Source of the DNA: Octopus bimaculoides
Lineage: Eukaryota
NCBI RefSeq assembly: GCF_001194135.2
Contig: NC_068984.1
Location: 115,800,730-115,864,729, forward strand
Direction: 5' to 3'
DNA: 64,000 nt
Both the position numbers and the translations under genes were made by a program. This document shows positions 14,132-28,672 of this stretch, piece by piece. The stretch's first letter is position 1, and each line of letters begins with the position of its first letter. A model generated the notes under the pieces. That model did not search any database and was not told the DNA's origin. It was given only the letters and a program-made list of their open reading frames with translations.

Positions 14132-14381
14132 TTGGTTTGGTGCATAATTATTGCGGCTTTTTTCAACAAATTTTTTATGAACAAAAACAAGAACAGCATG
14201 TAACAAAAACATCTGTAAATGATTATTCCGGAGCTTATTCACCATCTACTTCAATTACTGCTTCCCATTTGCTTGGCAGACGGTCAGATCGTCATTTAAA
14301 GATGTTTTTGTTAAATATTGTCATTGTTTTTGTTGAATAAAATTTATTGAAAAAAAGCCGTAATAATTATGCCCCAACCCA

Positions 14382-14382
<1 letters not shown>
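14132..14382 (-). mobile_element. Internally deleted mariner (Hsmar1/MADE1-like TIRs), TA TSD
   Basis: TIRs TTGGTTTGGTGCATAATTATTGCGGC / GCCGTAATAATTATGCCCCAACCCAA; TA on both flanks; internal minus-strand RLPSKWEAVIEVDGE resembles the mariner transposase C-terminus. Confidence 0.85.
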
Positions 14383-14457
<75 letters not shown>

Positions 14458-16514
14458 ATGAAATTTCATGTGAGTCTGTATTCGTGTATAATGGGTTCTT
14501 CGTCACTTTCAACGATGAGTATTCAGTTGTTCAATCAGTTGAAGATTCCACAAACACGTGCATCTGTAACATAATTCTCAGACGGAAATAGATTTACGCA
14601 GCTTGACACGACATCCTATTTGAGGAGCCTGCATACAGTTTCTCACTTTTTCTCTCCACACACACATGCGCGCGCGCACACATATCATATATATGTATAT
14701 ATATATATATATATATACATACCTACTTACATTCACATATATATGCGATCAATAACATATTAGCACATAAATGTTTAATTTATGTGATAATAGGTACAAC
14801 ATCATAAATTTACAAAGCTGGGTGTAGTTGTTTGAGGTAGCCCTTGTAATTGATTTTCATGTTATTTTATCCTCGTTCCTGCAAATATATAAAGCTAACT
14901 TAATGCTGCTGAATTTGATGATCGATCGTGAAGAAAGGCAATTAAACACGATTAGGTATTTTATGAAAGTTATTTATATTAAACAGCAAAGACACTATTT
15001 GTTGGTTTATATCAAGGTAAGTTAATACATCATTGTCTTTTATCAGTTTAGAAACACGTGTCATTTTATGTTGTCAATGCAATTAATTGAATTATTTACA
15101 AATTGATTTTGTAAGATATTTGAACCATCCATCAGTTTTAGTGGTACTTAAAGATTTGTTCATGACATGCTTTTAATAGATTCAAGACAGCAAATGTACG
15201 GTACATACATAGGATTAAACAAAGCAATTATCAATTCTGTCGTACTTAAGACTCCGACGTCAACTCTTTTAATGCTGTGTCATGGCTATTCTTTTATGGT
15301 CGATTTAGAGTTACTAAAATGACTAAATTGTAACAGACGTATTCAGGTTTTTAGTTATTATCAGTTAACGTAGAATCGAGCCAGATATGTAGTTAAATGG
15401 TTTTGCTCAAACATGTTCGGTATCATATTAATGGGATGACAGTATTGCTACTTCGGTTCCGTTTATGAATTTTACTAACAGACTTTGGTATTTTCCATTA
15501 TGTATTATCTCATGATTCACGAGATTCATAATTAAGTTTCCAAAATTTCTGAATCTTAGAGACAATACCTCAATTCACCCCCTCCTAATCACACATTCTT
15601 TGAAATAGTATGGTAATATCAGTGTTTATGGCATTGAATTCAAATGAGGATTTACACGATATTACATTCATGAATAAATTTATCATCAGTGTGAATGTCT
15701 TTTAACTAATAAAAATGATTTGTGTGTGTGTATTCTAAAAGACATTAAATAACTTATAGCTCAGTAATAAAATAACGCAGCTAAAATATCTTAGCTATAA
15801 CATACGATAATATTAACGTTTCAAGTGTTACGATCCTCCATTGTCAGAAATTAAATGGGAATAATTCATCTTAAAATATGGCGGAAAGTGAATAATACTG
15901 GCAACCATATAAACACCATTCTAGAAACTTGATCTTACTTTATCTTTTAACAATATCGAATGTTTATCGCTTAAAACATTGGTAGATTATACATTATCAC
16001 TAATAAAAATTAATATTTTACTGATTTTTATATACAAACATAGCAAAAACCTTACTTTTAATTTTACCCTGAAATCTGAATATGCCAGATAAGTTTAATC
16101 ATCCGGTAAGTTGTTCTGGGTTTTCTGTTGTTTTCAAATAAAATAACTGTCATAGTTGTTGTTTAATGATATCTGAGTATAAACTGAATGTTATTGGATT
16201 ATAACCTGCAAGTAAAAAAACTGTTTCATTCAGAATTTATTATTACAATATCCATAAGACAGCAAGCTGGAGAATGGTTAGCACGCCGGGCGAAATGCTT
16301 CCACTACCAGACAACCGCTGTTGGTTTCTTTATGTCTTCGTAACATAGTAGTTCAGAAAAAATAAAGCGATAGAATAAGTACCAGGCTTCTACTATAGCC
16401 TTGGGCAGACCAAAGCCTTGGGAGTGGATTTGGTTCACGGAAACTAAAAGAAGACCGTTGTATACATACATACATACATACATACATGTATATATATATA
16501 TATGTATATATAAC

Positions 16515-16577
<63 letters not shown>

Positions 16578-16579
<2 letters not shown>

Positions 16580-17719
16580 CACCATAGGACTGCAAAAATA
16601 CCTACTCCAGAAGCAAGGGAAACTAATACAAATAGCCACAAAACACGAGCAAAACAAAAAACTGTTTTCAGTATTTAAGGAAGCTGACAAATACAAACAA
16701 GAAATCAATCTACCTANNNNNNNNNNNNNNNNNNNNNNNNNNNNNNNNNNNNNNNNNNNNNNNNNNNNNNNNNNNNNNNNNNNNNNNNNNNNNNNNNNNN
16801 NNNNNNNNNNNNNNNNNNNNNNNNNNNNNNNNNNNNNNNNNNNNNNNNNNNNNNNNNNNNNNNNNNNNNNNNNNNNNNNNNNNNNNNNNNNNNNNNNNNN
16901 NNNNNNNNNNNNNNNNNNNNNNNNNNNNNNNNNNNNNNNNNNNNNNNNNNNNNNNNNNNNNNNNNNNNNNNNNNNNNNNNNNNNNNNNNNNNNNNNNNNN
17001 NNNNNNNNNNNNNNNNNNNNNNNNNNNNNNNNNNNNNNNNNNNNNNNNNNNNNNNNNNNNNNNNNNNNNNNNNNNNNNNNNNNNNNNNNNNNNNNNNNNN
17101 NNNNNNNNNNNNNNNNNNNNNNNNNNNNNNNNNNNNNNNNNNNNNNNNNNNNNNNNNNNNNNNNNNNNNNNNNNNNNNNNNNNNNNNNNNNNNNNNNNNN
17201 NNNNNNNNNNNNNNNNNNNNNNNNNNNNNNNNNNNNNNNNNNNNNNNNNNNNNNNNNNNNNNNNNNNNNNNNNNNNNNNNNNNNNNNNNNNNNNNNNNNN
17301 NNNNNNNNNNNNNNNNNNNNNNNNNNNNNNNNNNNNNNNNNNNNNNNNNNNNNNNNNNNNNNNNNNNNNNNNNNCAATACCAGCAGATGACAACGTTTCT
17401 CTAAAAGAAATGGAAAAACTTTCAAAATACAAAGACCTGGAAATAGAGATAACTCGAATGTGGAGTCTAAAAACAGAAACAATTCCTATCATAGTAGGTG
17501 CCTTAGGTATAATAAAAAAATATTCAGACAAATACATAACAAAAACACCAGGACTTACAAATATATATAACATACAGAAAATTGCACTACTGGTTACTGC
17601 ACACATTCTACGCAAAACACTTTCAATACAGTAACCATAAGAGCACCACAGCAAACCACAGCACAGAGCTGCGCTCGGTAGTGAAGTGAAAGCACGTTAT
17701 AAAAATAAAACTACTGAAC
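16578..17719 (+). mobile_element. 5'-truncated R4/Dong-like RLE LINE (spans N-gap)
   Basis: IPADDNVSLKEMEKLSKYKDLEIEITRMWSLKTETIPIIVGALG RLE C-terminus; (TAA)n on both sides. Confidence 0.85.
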
Positions 17720-17761
17720 AATAATAATAATAATAGTAATAATGATAATAATAATGATAAT

Positions 17762-18110
17762 TATCCTTTCCACTATAGGCATACAGCCTGAAATTTTGGG
17801 GAAGGTGACTAGTCGATTACATTGACCTTACTGTTTCACTGGTACTTAATTTATCGACCCCGAAAAGATGAAAGGCAATGATAATAGTAATAATGGTTCC
17901 AAATTTTCGCACAAGGTCAGCGACTTCGGTGAGTGGTAGTTAAGTCGATTACATGAACCTCAGTGCTAAATTGGTACCTATTATATGTATACCAAAAGGA
18001 AGAAAGGCAAAGTCGACCCTGGTGGCATTTTAACTCAGGTCGTATATTTTGGACAAATGCTGTTAAGTATCTTTCCCGGCGTGGTACGAAACTGCTATCT
18101 CGCCGCCTTA
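17762..18110 (-). mobile_element. Two SINE family A copies
   Basis: Shared core GGTACTTAATTTATCGACCCCGAAAAGATGAAAGGCAA and diverged head. Confidence 0.75.
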
Positions 18111-18129
18111 GTTATAATAATAATAATGA

Positions 18130-18597
18130 TAAGTACCAAGCATTGGCTTTCATGTCTTTTGATCTTAACTGATTGGAAGTGTTATCATGAACATTGTTTT
18201 GATATAAAAGATGGGCTACAGCAAATATTCTGCTCAATACCACGAATTTGCTTGTCAGCTCTTTGACCTTAACCAGTTGAGCATGTCCCTTGGTGGCTGA
18301 CCATATGTGCATCTCTGATCATGGGGAAGCATCATAGCCATGTGTTGAGAGGAATTCTTTGGGGTTTGAATAATTCACTTTTAGAAACATGGGTGTCTTG
18401 CTCAACATCCTTAAAAAAACCTTATTCAGGGACCTTTTGAGCAGAATGGGCTACTCGACCTGAAGAAAATTTTAACTGGGCCCCATCTGCGAGGTCATGC
18501 GCTGTTTATCTTGATATGAGATCCCCATGCTGCGCACATATGGTTGTGATGCATGTGCCTGGTGTACCCTAATCAGACGGGTAGTCATGATGGGTAT
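18130..18597. repeat. Unclassified interspersed repeat
   Basis: GC-richer block; the segment GAAGAAAATT..AACT.GG.CCCATCTGC.AGGTCATGC recurs at about 43328-43370. Confidence 0.5.
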
Positions 18598-20019
18598 NNN
18601 NNNNNNNNNNNNNNNNNNNNNNNNNNNNNNNNNNNNNNNNNNNNNNNNNNNNNNNNNNNNNNNNNNNNNNNNNNNNNNNNNNNNNNNNNNNNNNNNNNNN
18701 NNNNNNNNNNNNNNNNNNNNNNNNNNNNNNNNNNNNNNNNNNNNNNNNNNNNNNNNNNNNNNNNNNNNNNNNNNNNNNNNNNNNNNNNNNNNNNNNNNNN
18801 NNNNNNNNNNNNNNNNNNNNNNNNNNNNNNNNNNNNNNNNNNNNNNNNNNNNNNNNNNNNNNNNNNNNNNNNNNNNNNNNNNNNNNNNNNNNNNNNNNNN
18901 NNNNNNNNNNNNNNNNNNNNNNNNNNNNNNNNNNNNNNNNNNNNNNNNNNNNNNNNNNNNNNNNNNNNNNNNNNNNNNNNNNNNNNNNNNNNNNNNNNNN
19001 NNNNNNNNNNNNNNNNNNNNNNNNNNNNNNNNNNNNNNNNNNNNNNNNNNNNNNNNNNNNNNNNNNNNNNNNNNNNNNNNNNNNNNNNNNNNNNNNNNNN
19101 NNNNNNNNNNNNNNNNNNNNNNNNNNTATATATATATATATATATATATCCACATTGTTGTCTCTTCTCGGTCTCTCGCTTACACATCAAAAATAATTAT
19201 GAATACGAAAGATACATCAACACATGTCAATAAGCGTAAAAACGAAACCATAACAAAACCCAAGTCCGACGGACTAGAACAGGTTGAATCACTTCTTTTC
19301 AAGGCAGCGCTGTCAGCGGCCACTGGTAGTAATAAACACATTTGACCTCTGCTGAACCGAAGGGGTGCGAAAATCCTTTTGTTTCTATGGCTGACCCCTC
19401 TCCACCATCTGCCGAATCTATTTATAGACCTGCAGGTTATGAACTATTCACCAATCTACCTCCCAACTATTCAACTACAATGGTAGTAGTGGTGATGGTG
19501 ATAATGAAACAAATAAAAATAATAATAATATGCTGCAGCTGCTGATACTAAATACTAGTAATGCTACAATAATACAACTACTACTATTATGATAGTACAA
19601 GAATCTGAGGTCCAACTACCACCCTTACCACTACCCCCACTCCTGCTGCTGTTGCTGTTGCTGTTGCTGCAACCACTGGTATACTACTCATAAAAACAAT
19701 AATACCAGTGATATCCGTGGTGATAAGGAAACGGATGGAGTCTTCTTATGGGCTAATGATACATTAGTGTGTGTATGTGTGTGAGGGCGAATGGCCTAGT
19801 GGTCAGGGTGTTGCATTCTCGATCACAAGATCGCGCCTTCAGTTCTTGCACCGCATGGTGCGTTGTGTTATAGCCTCAACACCAGATGTACTGTATATTG
19901 TGCACTTCTTGAAGCAACGTTTATTTGATGGCGAAAGTTTCACAGACTACCTGAGACCAATATCATGTATGTATGCATGTACAAATATATATACAAAGTA
20001 ATGACCGTCATGAATGACC

Positions 20020-20271
20020 ATGGGACAGCACCAAGAAAGTTCCTCTCCGAGGCACAAGTCCGGGAAAATTTCTTTATGGAAGGCCAGCAGTAGCCCATGA
20101 ATACCAGCCTCCTTTCTCTCCTCAGCCACCGATGTTATCCGAAGGAAAGGCAAAAGCCGATACACCAGTGATGTTGCAGCTCATTTCTATAGCTAAGTGA
20201 ACCGGAACAGGAACTCGAACTAACTACCTATTAATTGTGAGCCCGATGCTATAACCACTGAGCTATGCGCC
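20020..20271 (-). mobile_element. tRNA-headed SINE (family D)
   Basis: Minus head GGCGCATAGCTCAGTGGTTATAGC..GTTCGAGTTCC contains A and B boxes. Confidence 0.6.
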
Positions 20272-21629
20272 NNNNNNNNNNNNNNNNNNNNNNNNNNNNN
20301 NNNNNNNNNNNNNNNNCACACACACACACACACACACACACATTGCCTATGTTTAGATTATAAAGCATTGATGGTATCTGTAATTGAGTCATACATTAAT
20401 GGAATTAGATAATCTTCTGGTTAAATTATATATTCTGTCAGTGAATGCCGGTTGTTTCCACTAGTTTTCTTAACTAATTACGCGTGATAAGGATTATGTG
20501 AAAATTTAGGTTTAATAAGCTGAGCGTTTCGATAAAAGCTGAACAATATTCCGTGAACTTTTTCTGATCCTCTTTACAACTTCCCTACAATGAGTAGACT
20601 ACGATATTTCTTCATTCCTTCGTGATTTTCATCACAAGAATTATCTTTCTCATAAGATCGACGGAGATTAACAGGAAATTTTATGAGATTTGTGAAACGC
20701 AAATATAGGAATATACAGTCGCAGTGCCTAACATTTACGACACCGTCTGCACTTGAAGTGAGAGACTAGTTAGTAGTTGATCAGTATCCTTATATATTTA
20801 CGCTAAACTGGTTTAATCTTATTAAGCGTACTATCAAACGTTTAATCTTATCAAATATACAGCATAAGCAATAATCGACATCCTTCTATTATCACAATAA
20901 CGATATGATGAAGCTTTCATCTGTACAATATTTAGTTTAAAGAAACATATCTAACAGCTATACCTCAGAAGCTTCTTATTAATCGTTTTATCTTTGCTGT
21001 TCGTCTTCTTCTTTCATTTCTTTAATATCGTATTTGATTGTAGTCAGAATTGATGGACGTTTCCCAACAAATCTCGACATTTGCGTAGTCAAATGTTAAA
21101 TTTCACCCTTAATTAATTATTGGCCTAGTATCGCACTAATATCGATATTATACTAAATATTACAGTAAATTAGTTTTCCTATGTTAACAGGAACTGATGG
21201 GTTGATGATTAAATTTTCATATCAAATAATTATGAGCTGACAGAAATATCTTACAAATTGACTGACAGGTTCTGAGCATTGCATCATCGTGGTTTGAAAT
21301 CAAGGAAAACAAAATAAAAGTTATAAAAAGGGACATGCACTTACTTATGATCATGAAGTATATAGTTGTTCTGAATTCTGTTAGGTTAAATACACACTCA
21401 ATTAAAATATATGAATATCACCGAATAAATTTAGAGATCTGAAACGATATCGGCATACATAAAAATAATGTGTTCTATGAATTCCATAAATTATAAGGTT
21501 TAAAAAATTTATTATTTTATCATTATATCTTTTCAAATTACAATAAAACCAGTTCTAAACATCAAAAGTATCTATTAAATTCTTGCAAAATATAAATGAT
21601 TAAAATAATGAAATACCACGTTTTATACC

Positions 21630-21670
<41 letters not shown>

Positions 21671-24600
21671 NNNNNNNNNNTATATATATATATAAACTAT
21701 GAAAATTTACACACACACACACAGATATATTGTTGCGCTTGTTTTTAAAAAAAATTAAACTTCGATCACAGCAAAATTGTTATATTTTAAAGGATATTCG
21801 GTAGAAAATATTTTCACATTTCTTAACAGATACTTCGTTTCGAGTATCGAAAATATCATAATGGATTTATTTTTTATAACACTTAATCGTAAAAGCATGT
21901 TTTTTTTAAAAATACATATATACATTTTAACACTCTTTTTAGATGTTAAAATATAATTATTGTAAAAAAACACTTCAAGAAATTTTCCCTATAATACTCA
22001 CATAAATTCTGGGAAAAATCAAATTAGTTTAGAAACATGGTATTCAATTATTCATACGAAGTCTATAATTCGCGCGTTGCTGATAGTATACTAAAAGGGT
22101 TATTGGGAGTGTTTCTATGATGGCTACCACCCAAAGAAAAACTTCAAATCAGCTAAGCATTCATTAATTATTCAGTACGTCTTACAGTTGCAACACTTTG
22201 AAATAATGTTTGATATAACCTAGATATAGTTATGATCAGTGCAATTGTAGTATGCATAAAACTTCACCTGTCCTTTCATAAAGAGAAAGTAATCGTATCG
22301 CCTATATTCATACAGAGATAATGAGCTTCCACTGGGCGTTATTAAAGGTCCTGCGAGTGATTGTGTGGTTTCGGAAACAAACTGGTGTGTATTTTGGTAG
22401 TTGCAAAATTATATATTGGTGCTTCTAGAATTAATACATTCATTTAGTAAGGAATCTTCAGTATCTTACAATATATTCAGTACAATAGTCGACTACTTGA
22501 AATAATGCAAATAAGAAAATGTTAGCTCCCTACGATGACAAATTTGGCATAAATACAACATAATTTATAAGGAAGTCACTTTAACATATTTTCTCATACT
22601 AGGTGGGACACATTTAAATATTAATGACTTCAATAATTCTTTTTGTTTCCATTGAGAGGACATTATCGATTCACTTATCTTTAGAATTCTAACAGAAAAC
22701 TATAATCTTCAGTTACAGAGTTTGTTTTTCATTCATCAGAATGATAGAGATTCCGGAATATAAGCAGTAAAGTTGCATGTTTTGGCACTTTAGAATAAAA
22801 GGCTTCAGCTGAATTTAAAATAAATCGAAACTATTCTCAAATACTTTGCACAAAAGGACACGAGTCCTGAAGTGTTTATTTAAAAGTGCATTTAGACAGC
22901 TGGTTCTTTAAACAAAATATTAAGATAGCAACGGAAGGCCTACCAATTTCTGAAATTTATTAATAAAGTAACAAATGTAAAACTATGAACAAAGTAACAT
23001 TAAATAATGAATATGATGACATTGCATATTCATAATGGCGGTTTTTTACGAAATTATTCAGAAGAGAGATTTTAAATTAAGAAACCACTCATGAAGCTTG
23101 TCGTTCCATAAAACAAATCGATACAATAAGTACGAGATTTAAAATAAGTACCTGAGGCTATTCGTTCGACTAACTCTAACAGACGGTGCTCCATCATGGA
23201 CGCAGTTCAATGACCTAAATAAGTAAAAGACAAATTTTAACAGTCTGGATACCAAATTTCTTTAGTCTTTGTTATATCTTTGTGTATGATACTTATTACA
23301 GATTTCAGCATTTCCATACCCTTTGATACTATAATTTATATAGGTATGAAATGGAAGAAAAGGGGAATACCGGGCGTACAATTTCCATTCGAAAGATACA
23401 GATTAACTTTAAAATATAATATAAAAATACTTGTACCACGCTGTGGGATCGACTCCAGCATCACGTGATTTCAGCGCAAACTACTTGATCCTAAATCTAT
23501 GCATGCAGCCACTTCTCATCCGTAGAAAACCCCATTCGTTTCTTGAAAGTGTCTACGAAATAAATAGTAATATTTTCCATAAAAATGTCAGGTAATGTAA
23601 TATACGTTACATAGTGACGGGCTCCGCATAGCAAGAACTAAGTTCCTATTAGATTGAATCTATAACCTTGCATTAATTCGAGGTCAAAGCAATTTCACTT
23701 CTGTTGTGTCACTAATACTTTTGGGAAATATAGGAAGATCTCAAGCTGCTTTGCTTTCTTCCACCGACTATATAGCATTTATTATATATTATAGGAAGCG
23801 ATAATTGAAAAAATATATATTAATATTTTTGCATATACGTTGTTGTAAAATCATTGCTGTAATTTAATTCTGGTGGTATTTTATATGTAAAAGCTGTGTT
23901 AATAAATATATTGAGAAAAAGAAAAATTGAAATTATGTTAGGCTACCATCAAGTGACAACCTGACAGATTGCCAGTCAAATAATTAATGCAAACACACAC
24001 ATGTACAGACACAAGTACACACACACACGCACACACACACGTGTCCATCTTTCTTTTCTTCACGTGACCATCTTTCCTTTCCTGCACGGACGTTGAAAAG
24101 GACGGCCGTTTTTTCTCTCTCTCTTCTATCTCTTTCTCTTGTCAAAAAAAGAAAAGTGTTTCTCCCAGTGTTCATTGTTTTTCTCTCGTTCTGGTCTAAC
24201 AACCCTCCATGTCTATTTTCGTTCGGTTTCCTTGGATGTCTCCACTGTCATGTTTTTTTCCCNNNNNNNNNNNNNNNNNNNNNNNNNNNNNNNNNNNNNN
24301 NNNNNNNNNNNNNNNNNNNNNNNNNNNNNNNNNNNNNNNNNNNNNNNNNNNNNNNNNNNNNNNNNNNNNNNNNNNNNNNNNNNNNNNNNNNNNNNNNNNN
24401 NNNNNNNNNNNNNNNNNNNNNNNNNNNNNNNNNNNNNNNNNNNNNNNNNNNNNNNNNNNNNNNNNNNNNNNNNNNNNNNNNNNNNNNNNNNNNNNNNNNN
24501 NNNNNNNNNNNNNNNNNNNNNNNNNNNNNNNNNNNNNNNNNNNNNNNNNNNNNNNNNNNNNNNNNNNNNNNNNNNNNNNNNNNNNNNNNNNNNNNNNNNN

Positions 24601-25089
24601 NNNNNNNNNNNNNNNNNNNNNNNNNNNNNNNNNNNNNNNNNNNNNNNNNNNNNNNNNNNNNNNNNNNNNNNNNNNNNNNNNNNNNNNNNNNNNNNNNNNN
24701 ATGTATGTATGTATGTATGTGCGTGTACATTAGTGCGCGTATGCATCTGTGTACATGCGTATGCATGTGTGCATGCCTATACACATGTATGTATATATGT
24801 ATATATGTATGTATGTGAGTATGCACGTATGTACTTATGGATGTACGTGAGTAATAGGGTAAGTGTGTAGATGTGTTTGTGTGTGTGTGTGTGCACATGT
24901 ATGTACATGTTAATGTATGTTTATGTACTAATATGTGCGTCAGTTCAAGTTGTATACATGACAGTTACTTTGTTGAAGGTTGTATATACGCACATATATA
25001 CATATGCATATACACATATGTAAACACACACACACATATATGTGTGTGTGTGCGTTTGCCCCTCTCACTATCGTCTAACGGTGAATTGA

Positions 25090-25310
25090 TATCAATTCAC
25101 CGTTGTGGTTTCGATTCCTGAACTGGGCGACGCGTTGTGTTCTTGACTACAACACGTCACTTCAATGTGCTCGAGTCCACACAGCTGACGAAAATGAGTA
25201 ATCGTACAACGGACCAACGTTCAGTGTAGGTGAGGAATTTGTACACCATGGAAACCAGGAAACCGGCCCTTGTCAGTCTATATGATTCGAGAAGGCAACT
25301 AACTTGTGCG
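25090..25310 (+). mobile_element. Degenerate CORE-type SINE
   Basis: GGTTTCGATTCC B-box followed by CORE-like TTGTGTTCTTGA..CAACAC..CACTTCAATGTGCTC. Confidence 0.5.
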
Positions 25311-25741
25311 TGACCATCTACAATCCAGTGACAAGACCAGAGCAAGACGACTGAGAATGGAAACGAATCCAGTGGATGCTCTAGATATCTTACTTGCCTT
25401 ACCTTGCTCTCTGCCCTCCATAAAGCAATGTTATAGCCTTCTTCGCCTCCGTGGAAACACGAAGTTTTCTTCTATAGAGTCTGTCGGATACAGGTTTCAC
25501 ATGCATGGGTAGACATCCTAAATAAGCTTATTAACCCATAGCTGGGACCCCGAAATGAACTGGGAACAATAGCACCCAGGAGGTGGCCCCAGATTCCTCA
25601 AAGCTATGGAGCCCCCGAGCTAGGGACCCCAATAACGGATGCAGTTTAAATTCGTACCTATATTCTTTCTTATTTCTTATATATACTTATATACATGCAT
25701 CTATGCATACACACACATGGTGTATACATACAATGCATATA

Positions 25742-25789
<48 letters not shown>

Positions 25790-26892
25790 CGTATATGTAT
25801 ATGTATGCACCCCCCCCCATTCATTCTTGATTTCAAAAGTTCCTACACTAATCTGAATTAAAAAAACATGCAGCACGTTTGACTTGCTTCTTTTTTGAGC
25901 CAGAAGTCGTATATCTTTGACCAGTTTCTAAATGTATGTACCTTATGTAACATTGCCCATCGTTACATGTGATTAATAATTTCTCTTCCAATTCCAGAAT
26001 ATCCAAATTGAAACAGAGCAAAATAAAAACATTCAGACTTACCGTGACAAACGTGTATGTTTCTTTCAGATTTTCACATGAAGGCAGCCTTGATGCATGA
26101 CAGGTAAAACTGAACGGTTTACATTGCTTACACAAGAAAATATCACCAATGTTCTCAGCATTGCACGTTTTTCAATCAACAAAAATTAAAATAATTACCA
26201 AATAAATCATAAAAACAAAATAATGATCATTTTTAAAGGACCGACTGGACAAATTTTATTTATTATTTCGAAGTGCCATTATCCATTCATAACAAATTTT
26301 AAAAATATCCAGTCACCTGGAGAACTAAAAGCAGAAGTCTAGAAATGATTACAAAGAGAAATCCCAATAATTAAGCATCTACTTCTAATAGTAATTCGAA
26401 AGGAAAATAAAGGGAAAGATAATTATAGGACAAGATGGAGCGATGAAGTAAAAAATTAAGAAACAAGATACTCCAATCTTTACATAAAAATTAAAACGAA
26501 AAGTCACAAATGGAAGTACCATCAACAAATTCTAACCAGTACACATACACATACATACATAGAGATAAAATATCAAATATATTTGTTACTCCAAATATAT
26601 ATATATATATATAGTATTTCTAGAATTATGTGAAATAAGCTACAAATAATTTTTGGTCGATTAAAATTAATTTAAAGTTCAAGTGTACACACAATTACGC
26701 AACTCTATGATGAAATGATGAAACAAAAAATGTGGTCTTAGTCATTAAGATATTTTCTTCTTTATTCACAATATTTTTCTTTTTCATGTCTTTTTTTTGT
26801 TTTCTGTCTAAAATCTGGGGATAAAATATCAATGAATGTACTCTTGTTACTCCAAATACAGGCTTGTATAATTAGCCTAAATACTATATTCT

Positions 26893-27920
26893 TTTCGACT
26901 CTAGCCACAAGGCTCGAACTTTTGGAGGAGGGGGCCAGTCAATTAGATCGACACCAGTACGCAATTGGTACTTAATTTATCGACCCCCAAAGTATAAAAG
27001 GCAAAGTCGACCTCAACGGAATTTGAACTCAGAACGTGAAGACAGACGAAATACTGCTAAGCCAGCTCACCGCCTTAAAGCAATATTATATTATTAAACA
27101 GGGCAGCGAGCTGGTAGAATCGTTAGCACGCTGTCGAAATGCTTAGCGGTATTTCGTCTGCCGTTACGTTCTGAGTTCAAATTCCGCCGAGGTCGACTTT
27201 GCCTTTCATCCTTTCGGGGTCGATTAAATAAGTACCTGTTACGCACTGGAGTGTTTTGTAATCGAATTAATCCCTTTGTCTGTCCTTGTTAGTCCCCTCT
27301 ATGTTTAGTCCCCCTATGGGCAATAAAGAAATGAATATTATATTATGAAACGAACTATTAGCAGTTGAACAGGACTTAATGAAAAATAAAATAAGCAACA
27401 TGTCCTCGGCGGAATTTGAACTCAGAACGTAACGACGGGCGAAATACCGCTAAGCATTTCGTCCAGCGTGCTAACGATTCTGCCAGCTCACCATCTTTTT
27501 GGCACAAGAATTGTAATTCTTAGGAGAGGGAATTAGTCGATAACAATGACCCTGAGACTCGACTGCAACTTTATTTTGACAACTCCCGAAAGGATGAATT
27601 GAAAATTTGACCTCGGCAGGATTAAACACCGAACGTAAAGCTGGAAAAACACGTTGCTAAGCATTTTTTTGACATGCTAATGATTGTGCGAGGTCACCGC
27701 CTTCGGATTGTCTTAAAAAATGCTTTCAAATTTTCGTACAAGGCCAGCAGTTTTATTAGGACAGTGGGTAGTTCACGACATAGATTTTAGTGCAGTACTA
27801 GTACGTATTTGATTGACTTCGAAAGGATGAATGGTGGAATTTAAGGTCAGAACGTAAAAACAGAGGACATGCGCGAAGACTTTTGTCCGGTGTGCCAATG
27901 ATTCTGGAAGCTCGCAACCT
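26893..27920. mobile_element. Cluster of five SINE family A copies in mixed orientation
   Basis: 26893-27075(-), 27101-27290(+), 27403-27494(-), 27498-27703(-), 27727-27920(-). Confidence 0.85.
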
Positions 27921-28216
27921 TGTTCATTAAAAATAATAAAAGTTAAATCAGATATTTTCACCGAAGTCTTGTACTGTTGTTATTTAGTTCGTTCCATTAT
28001 ATTTTTAATTGTTTTCCAATCATTTGCTTAAATGTTTAAATTAAATTACGAAATGTTAGGTTTTGTTGATGCTGACCTCAATTTCTATACATCGTCTACT
28101 ATTACGAATAACCATTAAAACGAATATGTCCAACAATTTGTTGCTTCTAAAATATATTTAATTCGTTTATATAGACGTAAGCGTGGCTATATAGTTAAAC
28201 GTTCGCTTCGCAATCT

Positions 28217-28672
28217 TCTCACATCTCAGAACACAATGCTTCTCACATCTCAGAAACACAGACGTGCACTAATTCGTACAGTAGAAACTTGCATGAAATT
28301 ACCCAACAAAAGCAATATAATAATAATCCTTTCTTTTATAGGTCCGAGGCTTGCATTTATGTGAGAAGAGCTAGTGGACTCCAGTGTTCAACTGGCACTT
28401 TTGTTATCGATCTCGAAAAATGAAATGCAACATCGACCTCGGCCTCTCACATCTCAGAACATAATGCTTCTCACATCTCAGAAACACAGACGTGCACTAA
28501 TTCGTACAGTAGAAACTTGTATGAAACTACCCAACAAAACCAATTTAATAATAATCCTTTCTTTTATAGGTACGAGGCTTTTCATTTATGGGAGAAGAGC
28601 TAGTGGACCCCAGTGTTCAACTGGCACTTTTGTTATCGATCTCGAAAAATGAAATGCAACATCGACCTCGGC
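28217..28672. repeat. 228-bp tandem duplication including a SINE A fragment
   Basis: CTCACATCTCAGAAC starts at 28218 and 28446; the two units align end to end with scattered substitutions. Confidence 0.9.
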
